Shown: positions 41,310 to 48,536, counted from the stretch's first letter. The stretch: DNA of 63,852 bases from a virus (IMGVR_UViG_3300030389_002358:1-63852), one strand, 5' to 3'. The notes: generated by a model from the sequence alone, not told the origin. Numbers and translations: made by a program.

Positions 41310-41750
41310 TTAACGATCTTTATCTTTAATCATATCATCAATAGCTTTGTTATAAACTTTATCAGTATATGACTTGTTTTTAAAAAAAATATTTCGCTCA
41401 CTAGTAGGTAGATCTTCTTGACCTAATAGCACGCGATATATTCTGCTTATTAATTGCGAACATTTAAATGAGGTTTTAAAAATAGAAAATTTAATTGTAG
41501 TGCGGTTACGATGCCTCCAAACCTCTATCCAACCTTCAGATCTTAATTTATCCCAACGTTGTTTATTCCATGATAGCGTGTATGTTCCATCGATAAATTC
41601 TTGACGTGTAAACCTTTGCTTACAGTCTAAATATATTAATAATTCCAGTTCAGCGTCTGTTAGTTTATAAGTTTTACAGGCCCATTTTCTAACAAGCCTG
41701 TAATACTTAAATAACTGCATATCCCTCAAGTCGGATGCACTTAGTTTCAT
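41310..41750 (-). CDS. Hypothetical protein, possible winged-HTH
   Basis: YKLTDAELELLIYL...WDKLRSEGWI pattern resembles MarR-like winged HTH. Confidence 0.5.
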   Translation of the reverse strand: MKLSASDLRDMQLFKYYRLVRKWACKTYKLTDAELELLIYLDCKQRFTRQEFIDGTYTLSWNKQRWDKLRSEGWIEVWRHRNRTTIKFSIFKTSFKCSQLISRIYRVLLGQEDLPTSERNIFFKNKSYTDKVYNKAIDDMIKDKDR

Positions 41751-42004
41751 TCCACTATGACTACGTCCCCGTGTTTAATAACAAAATAATACTTGTTATC
41801 AAACTCAATACCGTGACCAGCGTGTTTATCATACCATATAATATCATTTTCATGTATACCATTTATAGTATCACCAACGCTAATTACTTTACCTTTAGAA
41901 TACCTAACATCTTCACTTTGTGATTCACTTAATATAAAACCACTATCAGACTTAGGTTCTTCTTTAATTTTTTCAATAACTATATAATAATTAACTGCTT
42001 TCAT
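41747..42004 (-). CDS. groES: Co-chaperonin GroES
   Basis: IVIEKI...SGFIL...GKVISVG...DIIWY; coupled to groEL. Confidence 0.85.
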   Translation of the reverse strand: MKAVNYYIVIEKIKEEPKSDSGFILSESQSEDVRYSKGKVISVGDTINGIHENDIIWYDKHAGHGIEFDNKYYFVIKHGDVVIVE

Positions 42005-43565
42005 TATCTTGTAATATTCTAACGTTACTAATTATACAGTCTGCAGATATAATAGTGCTTGCAACTGATGCTGCGTTTTTTAATGCTGATTTAGTTACTA
42101 AAACAGGATCAATAACACCACACTTTACCATATCTACTATTTTACCATCTATGACATTAACCCCGTAACCTTTTTTAAGTTTTTCTTCAGGCACATCTAT
42201 ATTAGCATTTTCTAATATAACCTGAAACGGTGTTGTTATAGCTTGTAATAATATTTCTTCGCCTATATTTTCTGGCTTAATAGAGTTTGCCGCGTTTAAT
42301 AAAGCTATACCACCGCCAGGCACTATACCTTCTTTTAATGCTGCCTTTGTCGCGTGTACAGCATCTTCAACTCTATCTTTCTTTTCTTTTAGCTCTACTT
42401 CGCTATCAGCACCTACATATACGATACCAACAGATCCATTTAATATAGCTAATCTTTCTTCTTGTTTATTTTTTAAGTAAGGATTTTTATCTTCCTTCTT
42501 AATAATATCTTTTACTTGTTTTATACGTTCTTTTAAGTGTTTACCTGATTTATTTATAGTGAACACTGTATGCTTATCATCTGTTACTACTTTAGCCGCT
42601 TCACCTAAACAATCAGGATTAATTAACTCAAAGTCATCACCAAGTTCTTCGTTAATAACTTTAGCGCCTGTTACTATAGCTAAATCTTCTATAGTATCTT
42701 CTTTTGTAGGTCCAAAGCCAGGTAAATCAATAAAGTTAACTTTTATATTACCTTTTACTTTATTAGTTAACAACGCTGCTTTTGGCTGCTGCTCAACTTC
42801 TCCTATTATTAATAAAGGTTTATTACCTTTAATACAATATTCTAATATGTTTTGTATCTTTCTTATATTAGGTATAGGTGATGAAGATATAAGTATTGCA
42901 GGATTTTCTAACGTACACGTGCCTTTATCTTTATCAGTTATTAAATACTGTGATTTTAAAGGAGATTTTATTTGCACGCCATCAACAACATCAACATATG
43001 TTTCTCCTGTTGGCGACTCTTCCATTAATACTATACCGTCGTTACCTACTTTTTTATACGCTTCTGCAATAATATCACCAAGCTCTTTGTCATTGTTAGT
43101 AGATATTGCAGCAACTTGTTGTAATAAATCATCATTAACGGCAACACTTTGCTTGTCCAAATTATTGATAACTTTGTTAACGCCTGATTTAATACCTTCT
43201 TTAATCGTTCTAGTATTTTCTTCTTCATGTTGTTCGGCTATTTTTAATAGTGAATGAGCAAGGATAGTAGCTGTTGTAGTACCATCACCTGCTTCTTTCA
43301 CTGTATTGTTAGCAGCTTCCTTTATTAGAGTAGCTCCTATGTTTTCAACCGGATCATATAAGACAACAGATTGGGCTACTGTTACACCGTCTTTTGTAAT
43401 CACCGGTTTGCCTAATGCGTCTTCATATATAACACATTTTCCCGAGGCTCCCAATGTAGATTTAACTGCATTGTTGAGTTTATCTACACCGTAAATAATT
43501 CTGCGTTTAGCGTGTAAGCCAAAGTCTAGATTTTTGACTATTTGGCTAGGTTGATTATATTCCAT
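41991..43565 (-). CDS. groEL: Chaperonin GroEL
   Basis: ITKDGVTVA, AGDGTTTATIL, EKKDRVEDA, EGIVPGGG and GVIDP motifs; lacks the C-terminal GGM tail. Confidence 0.97.
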   Translation of the reverse strand: MEYNQPSQIVKNLDFGLHAKRRIIYGVDKLNNAVKSTLGASGKCVIYEDALGKPVITKDGVTVAQSVVLYDPVENIGATLIKEAANNTVKEAGDGTTTATILAHSLLKIAEQHEEENTRTIKEGIKSGVNKVINNLDKQSVAVNDDLLQQVAAISTNNDKELGDIIAEAYKKVGNDGIVLMEESPTGETYVDVVDGVQIKSPLKSQYLITDKDKGTCTLENPAILISSSPIPNIRKIQNILEYCIKGNKPLLIIGEVEQQPKAALLTNKVKGNIKVNFIDLPGFGPTKEDTIEDLAIVTGAKVINEELGDDFELINPDCLGEAAKVVTDDKHTVFTINKSGKHLKERIKQVKDIIKKEDKNPYLKNKQEERLAILNGSVGIVYVGADSEVELKEKKDRVEDAVHATKAALKEGIVPGGGIALLNAANSIKPENIGEEILLQAITTPFQVILENANIDVPEEKLKKGYGVNVIDGKIVDMVKCGVIDPVLVTKSALKNAASVASTIISADCIISNVRILQDNESS

Positions 43566-43586
43566 TAAATTAAATTTATTATGTTA

Positions 43587-43880
43587 CTACTTAAACGTCT
43601 TAACTACCTTAGGTCCTTTTATAAAGTCTAACCTTTTAGTATAATGCTCGATGCTACCATCAATCGCTGACTCAGCTGAATCTATTGTTTCACGTCTTGT
43701 TACGTCGTGCCACTCGTCTTCTACCATGTCTTTATACTCTGTTTGGTAATAACCGTTAGGTAATTGTGTAATTCTCCAATTTTTTTTGTCCGATAGGTGT
43801 GACCAAAAGTTTTTGGTTTCTTCGGTAATAGCCGGAGTGGAGTTAGACCAGCTATTGGTTTTGTAATAAAAATACGTCAT
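43587..43880 (-). CDS. Hypothetical protein
   Basis: Start refined to MTYFYYK (A-rich leader); NWRITQLPNGYYQTE. Confidence 0.65.
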   Translation of the reverse strand: MTYFYYKTNSWSNSTPAITEETKNFWSHLSDKKNWRITQLPNGYYQTEYKDMVEDEWHDVTRRETIDSAESAIDGSIEHYTKRLDFIKGPKVVKTFK

Positions 43881-43957
43881 TGTTTTGGTTTTTATTAGGT
43901 TATGCGAAAACATTGGTTACATGTAAGGTGGTTTTCGCTTACACCTTACTATAATAT

Positions 43958-43983
43958 ATATTACATAGTTTTGTTTTATTTTA
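43958..43983 (-). promoter_or_regulatory. Candidate class-2 promoter TAAA-N15-GTAATAT heading the leftward operon
   Basis: Resembles three other operon-head elements; followed by a GTAAGGTG/CACCTTAC leader hairpin at 43923-43949. Confidence 0.45.
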
Positions 43984-43986
43984 AAG

Positions 43987-44031
43987 GTGACATTTGCCTG
44001 TTACTAATTATATCTATATAGCTACTGTCAT
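43987..44031 (-). promoter_or_regulatory. 45-bp element with inverted ends, copy A (operator or origin site)
   Basis: Reverse complement ATGACAGTAGCTATATAGATATAATTAGTAACAGGCAAATGTCAC aligns without gaps to 50461-50505. Confidence 0.7.
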
Positions 44032-44099
44032 ATAAAAATATGTTTGAGATGTAGTGAGTATTTGTGTTGCCACTACACTATACGCACTTACTTTGTATA

Positions 44100-44172
44100 T
44101 AAAAAACATTTTTTGTAAAGTGGGGGCCCCCTAATGTATACATTTTTGTAAAAACTTTTTACATTTTTGTAT
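44100..44172. repeat. GGGGGCCCCC palindrome flanked by ACATTTTT(T)GTA repeats
   Basis: Palindrome at 44122-44131; repeats at 44106, 44140 and 44161; lies at the strand switch. Confidence 0.7.
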
Positions 44173-44210
44173 ATACACACTATTTTTTTTATAATTATAA
44201 TACTAAGTTT

Positions 44211-44242
44211 TACAATAAAAGTACGAACATGTGTAGATAATA
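44211..44242 (+). promoter_or_regulatory. Early 32-bp motif, copy 1
   Basis: TACAATAAAAGTACGA-N9-GATAATA. Confidence 0.65.
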
Positions 44243-44338
44243 TATATGAGTTTAAAAAATAATAAATATGTTTAATAAAGTGAGTGAGTGCGGTATACTA
44301 CTAATAACAAAATTACAAGTAAACAAACTTACTACTTT

Positions 44339-44370
44339 TACAAACTAAATACAAACTTATAAAGATAATA
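44339..44370 (+). promoter_or_regulatory. Early 32-bp motif, copy 2
   Basis: TACAAACTAAATACAA-N9-GATAATA, 24 nt before ATG 44395. Confidence 0.75.
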
Positions 44371-44394
44371 TTAATAACTAATAAATAAATAACT

Positions 44395-44622
44395 ATGAAC
44401 ACTATTACTTCTAAAAGATTTGTAATAAGAAAAAGTCTTCTTGATACAAACACTAACATAACTTTTACTAACAAAGATGGTCATGAAATTACTTACAATC
44501 ACGATAAAGTATTTTCAATAATGAAAGACAACTTAACTAAATTACCATGTTGGTTAAAGTACAAAAGTTACACTGCGACGAATAATATTCCAGTTATACT
44601 AAGAGGTAAGTCACTACAGTAA
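44395..44622 (+). CDS. Early hypothetical protein
   Basis: 75-aa ORF behind motif copy 2. Confidence 0.7.
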   Translation: MNTITSKRFVIRKSLLDTNTNITFTNKDGHEITYNHDKVFSIMKDNLTKLPCWLKYKSYTATNNIPVILRGKSLQ

Positions 44623-44639
44623 AAGTAGTGATTACCACA

Positions 44640-44685
44640 TCTCTTCTTGGAGCAGAGGTGGGTTTCGATTACCCACAAGAGAACT
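44640..44685 (+). ncRNA. Mini tRNA-like element (acceptor-like stem plus T-arm only)
   Basis: TCTCTT...AAGAGA stem; GTGGGT-TTCGATT-ACCCAC T-arm; ends ACT. Confidence 0.45.
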
Positions 44686-44808
44686 ATGAATAAATTAATA
44701 AAACAAATAAAAGAAAAGTTTCCTTTTAATAAAGAAACTGACTGTAGAGAAAAGTATAATGAAACTATACAAGATTATTTATACGAAGAAATAATAACTA
44801 AATTATGA
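44686..44808 (+). CDS. Small early protein (40 aa)
   Basis: MNKLIKQIKEKFPFNKETDCREKY...; ATGA overlap with the next ORF. Confidence 0.55.
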   Translation: MNKLIKQIKEKFPFNKETDCREKYNETIQDYLYEEIITKL

Positions 44809-44900
44809 ATATAAATTTAAAAGAGTTAATTGAGAATATAGTATTCTTATTAACACTAACATTACTAACATATGTTTCACTTATAATAGTAAACTCATGA
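44805..44900 (+). CDS. Small single-TM early protein (31 aa)
   Basis: MNINLKELIENIVFLLTLTLLTYVSLIIVNS; ATGA coupling at both ends. Confidence 0.55.
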   Translation: MNINLKELIENIVFLLTLTLLTYVSLIIVNS

Positions 44901-45001
44901 AAGTAATTGATGGAATGGTATACCTACATGAAATAGATAAGTGGGTTTTTGTTGAAGAATATAAAGAATACGTACAATGGCGAAAGAAAAAGACAGAGTA
45001 A
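44897..45001 (+). CDS. Small early protein (34 aa)
   Basis: MKVIDGMVYLHEIDKWVFVEEYKEYVQWRKKKTE; ATGA coupling. Confidence 0.55.
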   Translation: MKVIDGMVYLHEIDKWVFVEEYKEYVQWRKKKTE

Positions 45002-45084
45002 CTATACTCACAAGCGAGCAAATACAAATGATTATTGACGAGTGGGATGATAAATACAATGTAAATACGAATATAGTTAGATAA
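44977..45084 (+). CDS. Small early protein (35 aa)
   Basis: MAKEKDRVTILTSEQIQMIIDEWDDKYNVNTNIVR; overlaps motif copy 3. Confidence 0.4.
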   Translation: MAKEKDRVTILTSEQIQMIIDEWDDKYNVNTNIVR

Positions 45085-45086
45085 TA
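45055..45086 (+). promoter_or_regulatory. Early 32-bp motif, copy 3
   Basis: TACAATGTAAATACGA-N9-GATAATA, 13 nt before ATG 45100. Confidence 0.75.
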
Positions 45087-45099
45087 ATAATAAAAATCT

Positions 45100-45252
45100 A
45101 TGAACACAATACAATTTACTAATCACAACGTAACTAATCAACCACAAACTATTATTTTAACTAAAAATAATAAAAAAGAGTATTACAATAGAATACCTTA
45201 TGCAAAGAAATACACTAATTATATAACAATAAATGGAATAAGTTATGCATAG
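45100..45252 (+). CDS. Small early protein (50 aa)
   Basis: MNTIQFTNHNVTNQPQTIILTK...; behind motif copy 3. Confidence 0.55.
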   Translation: MNTIQFTNHNVTNQPQTIILTKNNKKEYYNRIPYAKKYTNYITINGISYA

Positions 45253-45415
45253 ATACAACGCTTATCAATCAATAAAGCTTGGTAAAAACACAACAGAAAG
45301 AGATTTATACGAATTATTTGGCGACGCTGTTGTTAAATATGATGAAAACGGCAAAGAAATAAAAGATTACTTTAAAATTAAATACAGAAATGGCTGGAAC
45401 AATAAACAAATATGA
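45245..45415 (+). CDS. Small early protein (56 aa)
   Basis: MHRYNAYQSIKLGKNTTERDLYELFGDAVVKYDENGKE...; overlaps both neighbours. Confidence 0.5.
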   Translation: MHRYNAYQSIKLGKNTTERDLYELFGDAVVKYDENGKEIKDYFKIKYRNGWNNKQI

Positions 45416-45833
45416 ACAAGAACAGCAAGCACTACAAGATGCTTTTGCTAGAAATATGTTACTACGCTGGGATATACGCGAAGTAACTACGCGAAGACAA
45501 GCACTAAATGGCACTCGAGCTTTCGAGTTTCCTGTTAGTTGCTTCAGTAAACAAATGATAGCGTACAACGGCGCACACAGATTACCTAAAACTAAACTAC
45601 GTATGGCGGTTTATAAGTCAGGTATGGTAAGAAAACTTAACGGCGCGTGGTGTCCTTACCCAGTAAATAAAAGATATAAAAGGCTACATAAGTATACTGT
45701 AATGCGTAGCGATGGTAAAAAAAGCTGGATGGAAACTAGACAGTGTATTGAAAACGCTTATGAAAAACATTTAAATATGATGGTTAGCTTTAACTATATG
45801 TTAAAATATTACTTAAAAAACTATGCTAAGTAA
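45390..45833 (+). CDS. Early hypothetical protein
   Basis: 147-aa ORF. Confidence 0.7.
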   Translation: MAGTINKYEQEQQALQDAFARNMLLRWDIREVTTRRQALNGTRAFEFPVSCFSKQMIAYNGAHRLPKTKLRMAVYKSGMVRKLNGAWCPYPVNKRYKRLHKYTVMRSDGKKSWMETRQCIENAYEKHLNMMVSFNYMLKYYLKNYAK

Positions 45834-46029
45834 ACTAAGTATTGAAGAATTTGAACATTTAGCAGAAGAAAATGCTAAAGAAATTATTAAAGATATTGAA
45901 AGAGTATGTCACTGGTCACTAGATGGTTACAAACTTAATCAACCAAACAAAGTACAGCACACATTAATGAAAGCTACAGCTAGAAATGTAGCAATTAAAA
46001 TGGGTGTAGCAAAAAAATATACAAACTAA
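45823..46029 (+). CDS. Early hypothetical protein
   Basis: 68-aa ORF coupled to the previous gene. Confidence 0.6.
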   Translation: MLSKLSIEEFEHLAEENAKEIIKDIERVCHWSLDGYKLNQPNKVQHTLMKATARNVAIKMGVAKKYTN

Positions 46030-46051
46030 ATACAATAACTATTAGATAATA
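46020..46051 (+). promoter_or_regulatory. Early 32-bp motif, copy 4
   Basis: TACAAACTAAATACAA-N9-GATAATA, 5 nt before ATG 46057 (would give a leaderless transcript). Confidence 0.75.
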
Positions 46052-46056
46052 TATGT

Positions 46057-46278
46057 ATGATATGCAAAAAATGCAATAAAAATATAATACCTCAAGCACG
46101 GTTGGCCCTAGGGTATACCACTTGCGTCTCATGTAGCACGGTTGAACCTTATGGCTGCATAGCGATAACATACCACAAAACCGGCAACTCTATACAAATA
46201 ATGCCGAAGGCACAGGCGAAACGTATACGTAAGCTAACCGAGCGCCGAGGTTATGGCACAATGCTAAAAAACGTATAG
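46057..46278 (+). CDS. DksA/TraR-type C4 zinc-finger protein
   Basis: CKKC...IPQARLALGYTTCVSC matches the CxxC..I...RL......CxxC pattern. Confidence 0.7.
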   Translation: MICKKCNKNIIPQARLALGYTTCVSCSTVEPYGCIAITYHKTGNSIQIMPKAQAKRIRKLTERRGYGTMLKNV

Positions 46279-46319
46279 TTATATATTTATACATGCGAGC
46301 AAACTTTCGAGACTCGCAA

Positions 46320-46398
46320 GGTCAGGTATGGGTTTCACGTAGTCTCATAGAGCGACGTAAACAATACAGTAATGAAGGTTCGATTCCTTCACTGACCA
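46320..46398 (+). ncRNA. Non-canonical tRNA-like RNA
   Basis: GGTCAG/CTGACC acceptor stem plus discriminator A; GAAGG-TTCGATT-CCTTC T-arm; a long irregular hairpin replaces the D and anticodon arms. Confidence 0.55.
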
Positions 46399-46402
46399 CT
46401 TA

Positions 46403-46517
46403 AACAGTAGGTACCAAGCCTGGAAAAGTTGGGGAGGCGATGTAACTTCGTTCAGGAGTGAGCCCACAGTGAACAATTTTAAGGGTGCAGCGTTACCGAG
46501 TCGCAATGCCTACTGTT
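46403..46517 (+). ncRNA. Candidate structured RNA
   Basis: 11-bp closing stem AACAGTAGGTA/TGCCTACTGTT with nested GCGA/TCGC, GTAAC/GTTAC and GTTCA/TGAAC; GC-rich and intergenic. Confidence 0.5.
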
Positions 46518-46524
46518 ACCTTAT

Positions 46525-46556
46525 TACAAACTAAATACGACAATAGTCGGATAATA
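46525..46556 (+). promoter_or_regulatory. Early 32-bp motif, copy 5
   Basis: TACAAACTAAATACGA-N9-GATAATA, 14 nt before ATG 46571. Confidence 0.8.
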
Positions 46557-46570
46557 ATAATAAACAAATT

Positions 46571-46810
46571 ATGAGTAAAATTAAATCAATTTACGAAAAA
46601 CTAAACACAGGCGTAAAAGTTGATTTAACAGCTAGTGCTAAAAAGTACGAAACTGCTAAATTACTTAAATATACGCTTATGTCTAAATCGTTATGGTCTG
46701 AGCTTACTGTTAAAAACATAAACGAGCTTATATCATACACAAGTTTAACTAGCCATAAAATGTCACCATATGACTTTATTTACGGCGAAAATATAATTAA
46801 AGATGAGTAA
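46571..46810 (+). CDS. Early hypothetical protein
   Basis: 79-aa ORF behind motif copy 5. Confidence 0.7.
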   Translation: MSKIKSIYEKLNTGVKVDLTASAKKYETAKLLKYTLMSKSLWSELTVKNINELISYTSLTSHKMSPYDFIYGENIIKDE

Positions 46811-47264
46811 AATACTAACACCAGATATAGTTAGAGCAGAGCTAGAAAAAGATGGCATACCATTTGGCTTGCAAGATGAAGAAGCTTGGGCTAAACTTCA
46901 AGAAGATATGTTAGGTAAGCTAGATACAGACTCAAGTTGGGCTAAAGGCCATGAGTCTTTAATATTGCACTCAGATCAAACAAAAGACTGCTATGATATA
47001 TACATATGTACAGACAACCATGACAACTATTTAAACATAAATGAAGATGTTTATTACTATGAAGATGGTATTGAATGGTCTGAAAGAATATTAGAATATT
47101 TACAGTCTTACGGTGATGTTTGGGTTGATCCTTCAGTATGGGAAGACTTTGAACATGACTTCTTTACTGTTTGCACAGAAGCTTATCAAGACTTGTTTGA
47201 AAAGAAGTTTGATGATAAAAAGCATGAATTACTAGATGAACAATACGATGAGTACAAAGAATAA
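46803..47264 (+). CDS. Highly acidic early protein (possible nucleic-acid mimic)
   Basis: 153 aa, visibly Asp/Glu- and aromatic-rich. Confidence 0.65.
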   Translation: MSKILTPDIVRAELEKDGIPFGLQDEEAWAKLQEDMLGKLDTDSSWAKGHESLILHSDQTKDCYDIYICTDNHDNYLNINEDVYYYEDGIEWSERILEYLQSYGDVWVDPSVWEDFEHDFFTVCTEAYQDLFEKKFDDKKHELLDEQYDEYKE

Positions 47265-47538
47265 ACAAGAAAAACCTAAATGGTTTAAAGGCGCTTGGTA
47301 TACACAGGGTGATATAGTAAAAAATCCTTTTTCAGGCGCAAAGTGTTTAATATCAGGCCCAGAGCTATCTATGTATGACTTTATTAAAGGTGCTGAGTAT
47401 ACCATTAATATACACGCGCGCGAAAATAATAATTACATAGAAGATCCTGCGATAATTAAATTACAAGAAGAAATGTACATGGGTATAGACTGGTTTAGAT
47501 CAGAAAACCCTACTGCATACATGACATTACTAGATTAA
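47236..47538 (+). CDS. Early hypothetical protein
   Basis: 100 aa; VKNPFSG...SMYDFIKG and WFRSENPTAYMTLLD. Confidence 0.7.
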   Translation: MNNTMSTKNKQEKPKWFKGAWYTQGDIVKNPFSGAKCLISGPELSMYDFIKGAEYTINIHARENNNYIEDPAIIKLQEEMYMGIDWFRSENPTAYMTLLD

Positions 47539-47542
47539 AACT

Positions 47543-47851
47543 ATGACACAGAAAGAATTTAATAAATTAAGACAACAAATTGATCTCATGGCTGATCATA
47601 TAATGAGAGATAAAGGCCCTGAGTATACACTAATGCATGACGATGTACTAAATAATTTTAAAAGTACAGCTAAGCGACTAAATACTAGCGCGTTAAAAGT
47701 ATGGGCTACATACTTTGATAAGCAAGTAAATAGTATATTTTCGCATGTTAACCATGCTAATATAACGAAAGCAGAGTCTATTGATAGTAGGTTTGCTGAT
47801 ATTATTAACTATGCTAAGCTTGGCTTAGCTTTATTTAAAGATGAAAGGTGA
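47543..47851 (+). CDS. DUF1599 / nucleotide-modification-associated domain 1-like protein
   Basis: K..EY....D.L.NF...K...ESI..RFADIINY pattern. Confidence 0.55.
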   Translation: MTQKEFNKLRQQIDLMADHIMRDKGPEYTLMHDDVLNNFKSTAKRLNTSALKVWATYFDKQVNSIFSHVNHANITKAESIDSRFADIINYAKLGLALFKDER

Positions 47852-48018
47852 TGCCTATGTTAAAAGATCAAGTAAACAAACTACTTACAATATTGATTGA
47901 TGACTTTAAATTTAGAATAGAAGCATCAAGTAGCGAAATAGACAGTGATAAATGGTCAACATTTCACAGTCAATTAACTAAAATGAGAAACACAATTAAA
48001 AGAGGAGGAATAAAATGA
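47851..48018 (+). CDS. Small hypothetical protein (55 aa)
   Basis: MPMLKDQVNKLLTILIDDFKFRIE...; coupled at both ends. Confidence 0.55.
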   Translation: MPMLKDQVNKLLTILIDDFKFRIEASSSEIDSDKWSTFHSQLTKMRNTIKRGGIK

Positions 48019-48506
48019 GTACAAGAAACTTAACAATGGTAGTTGAAAGAGACTACGCAAGTAGCCATGAAAAAGGCTTCGCACAAAATCCTTGGAACTT
48101 AAGTGACAAAAGCTATGTAAATATGTATTTACATCACGATGGTTACCCTGAGTGGCAGGGCGTGCAATTAGCTAATTGGGTATTAGCAAATAAAGAAATT
48201 AATGACAGTAGCAAGTTAGCTGCTAAATTAGTACACGATCATTATTATGACAGTTGCTATTTATATGAAGATCCACAAGTTATAGATCACAACTACACAT
48301 ATGTAATATGGACAGGTGACAACAATGATATATGGATAAGCTGCTATGATCAATACAAAAGTGAAAACGTGTTTGTATTGACACCAGATAAAATAATAGA
48401 AAGATATAAAAGAGATGAGCCTTTTACTATGGACTACACTGACTTTGCTGCCGGTGAAACTAGATTGGGCCCAAGCACAACATTACACCCAACGGGTTAT
48501 GATTAA
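48015..48506 (+). CDS. Phage hypothetical protein (MSTR...YxHxDGYP type)
   Basis: MSTRNL...MYLHHDGYPEWQG motif. Confidence 0.7.
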   Translation: MSTRNLTMVVERDYASSHEKGFAQNPWNLSDKSYVNMYLHHDGYPEWQGVQLANWVLANKEINDSSKLAAKLVHDHYYDSCYLYEDPQVIDHNYTYVIWTGDNNDIWISCYDQYKSENVFVLTPDKIIERYKRDEPFTMDYTDFAAGETRLGPSTTLHPTGYD

Positions 48507-48536
48507 CAAACTAAATACGAATAACTTTGGATAATA
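48505..48536 (+). promoter_or_regulatory. Early 32-bp motif, copy 6
   Basis: AACAAACTAAATACGA-N9-GATAATA; overlaps the TTG start of ORF 48527. Confidence 0.7.

Noticed and set aside
5068-43494. Plus-strand ORFs in the structural arm (e.g. 6397-6756, 13423-13872, 42559-43257)
   Set aside because: Antisense shadows of long, well-supported minus-strand genes, with no recognisable motifs.
44881-45568. Minus-strand ORFs in the early region
   Set aside because: Coupled plus-strand micro-ORFs behind the repeated motif account for the sequence.
46320-46398. Canonical tRNA-Met(CAT) or tmRNA
   Set aside because: No D arm, CAT loop misplaced with no proper 5-bp stem, no encoded CCA, and no G3-U70 pair or tag reading frame; kept only as a tRNA-like element.
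44211-48536. 32-bp repeats as a CRISPR or mini-CRISPR array
   Set aside because: Copies are about 130-2000 bp apart with genes between them, have an internal variable spacer, and no cas genes are present.
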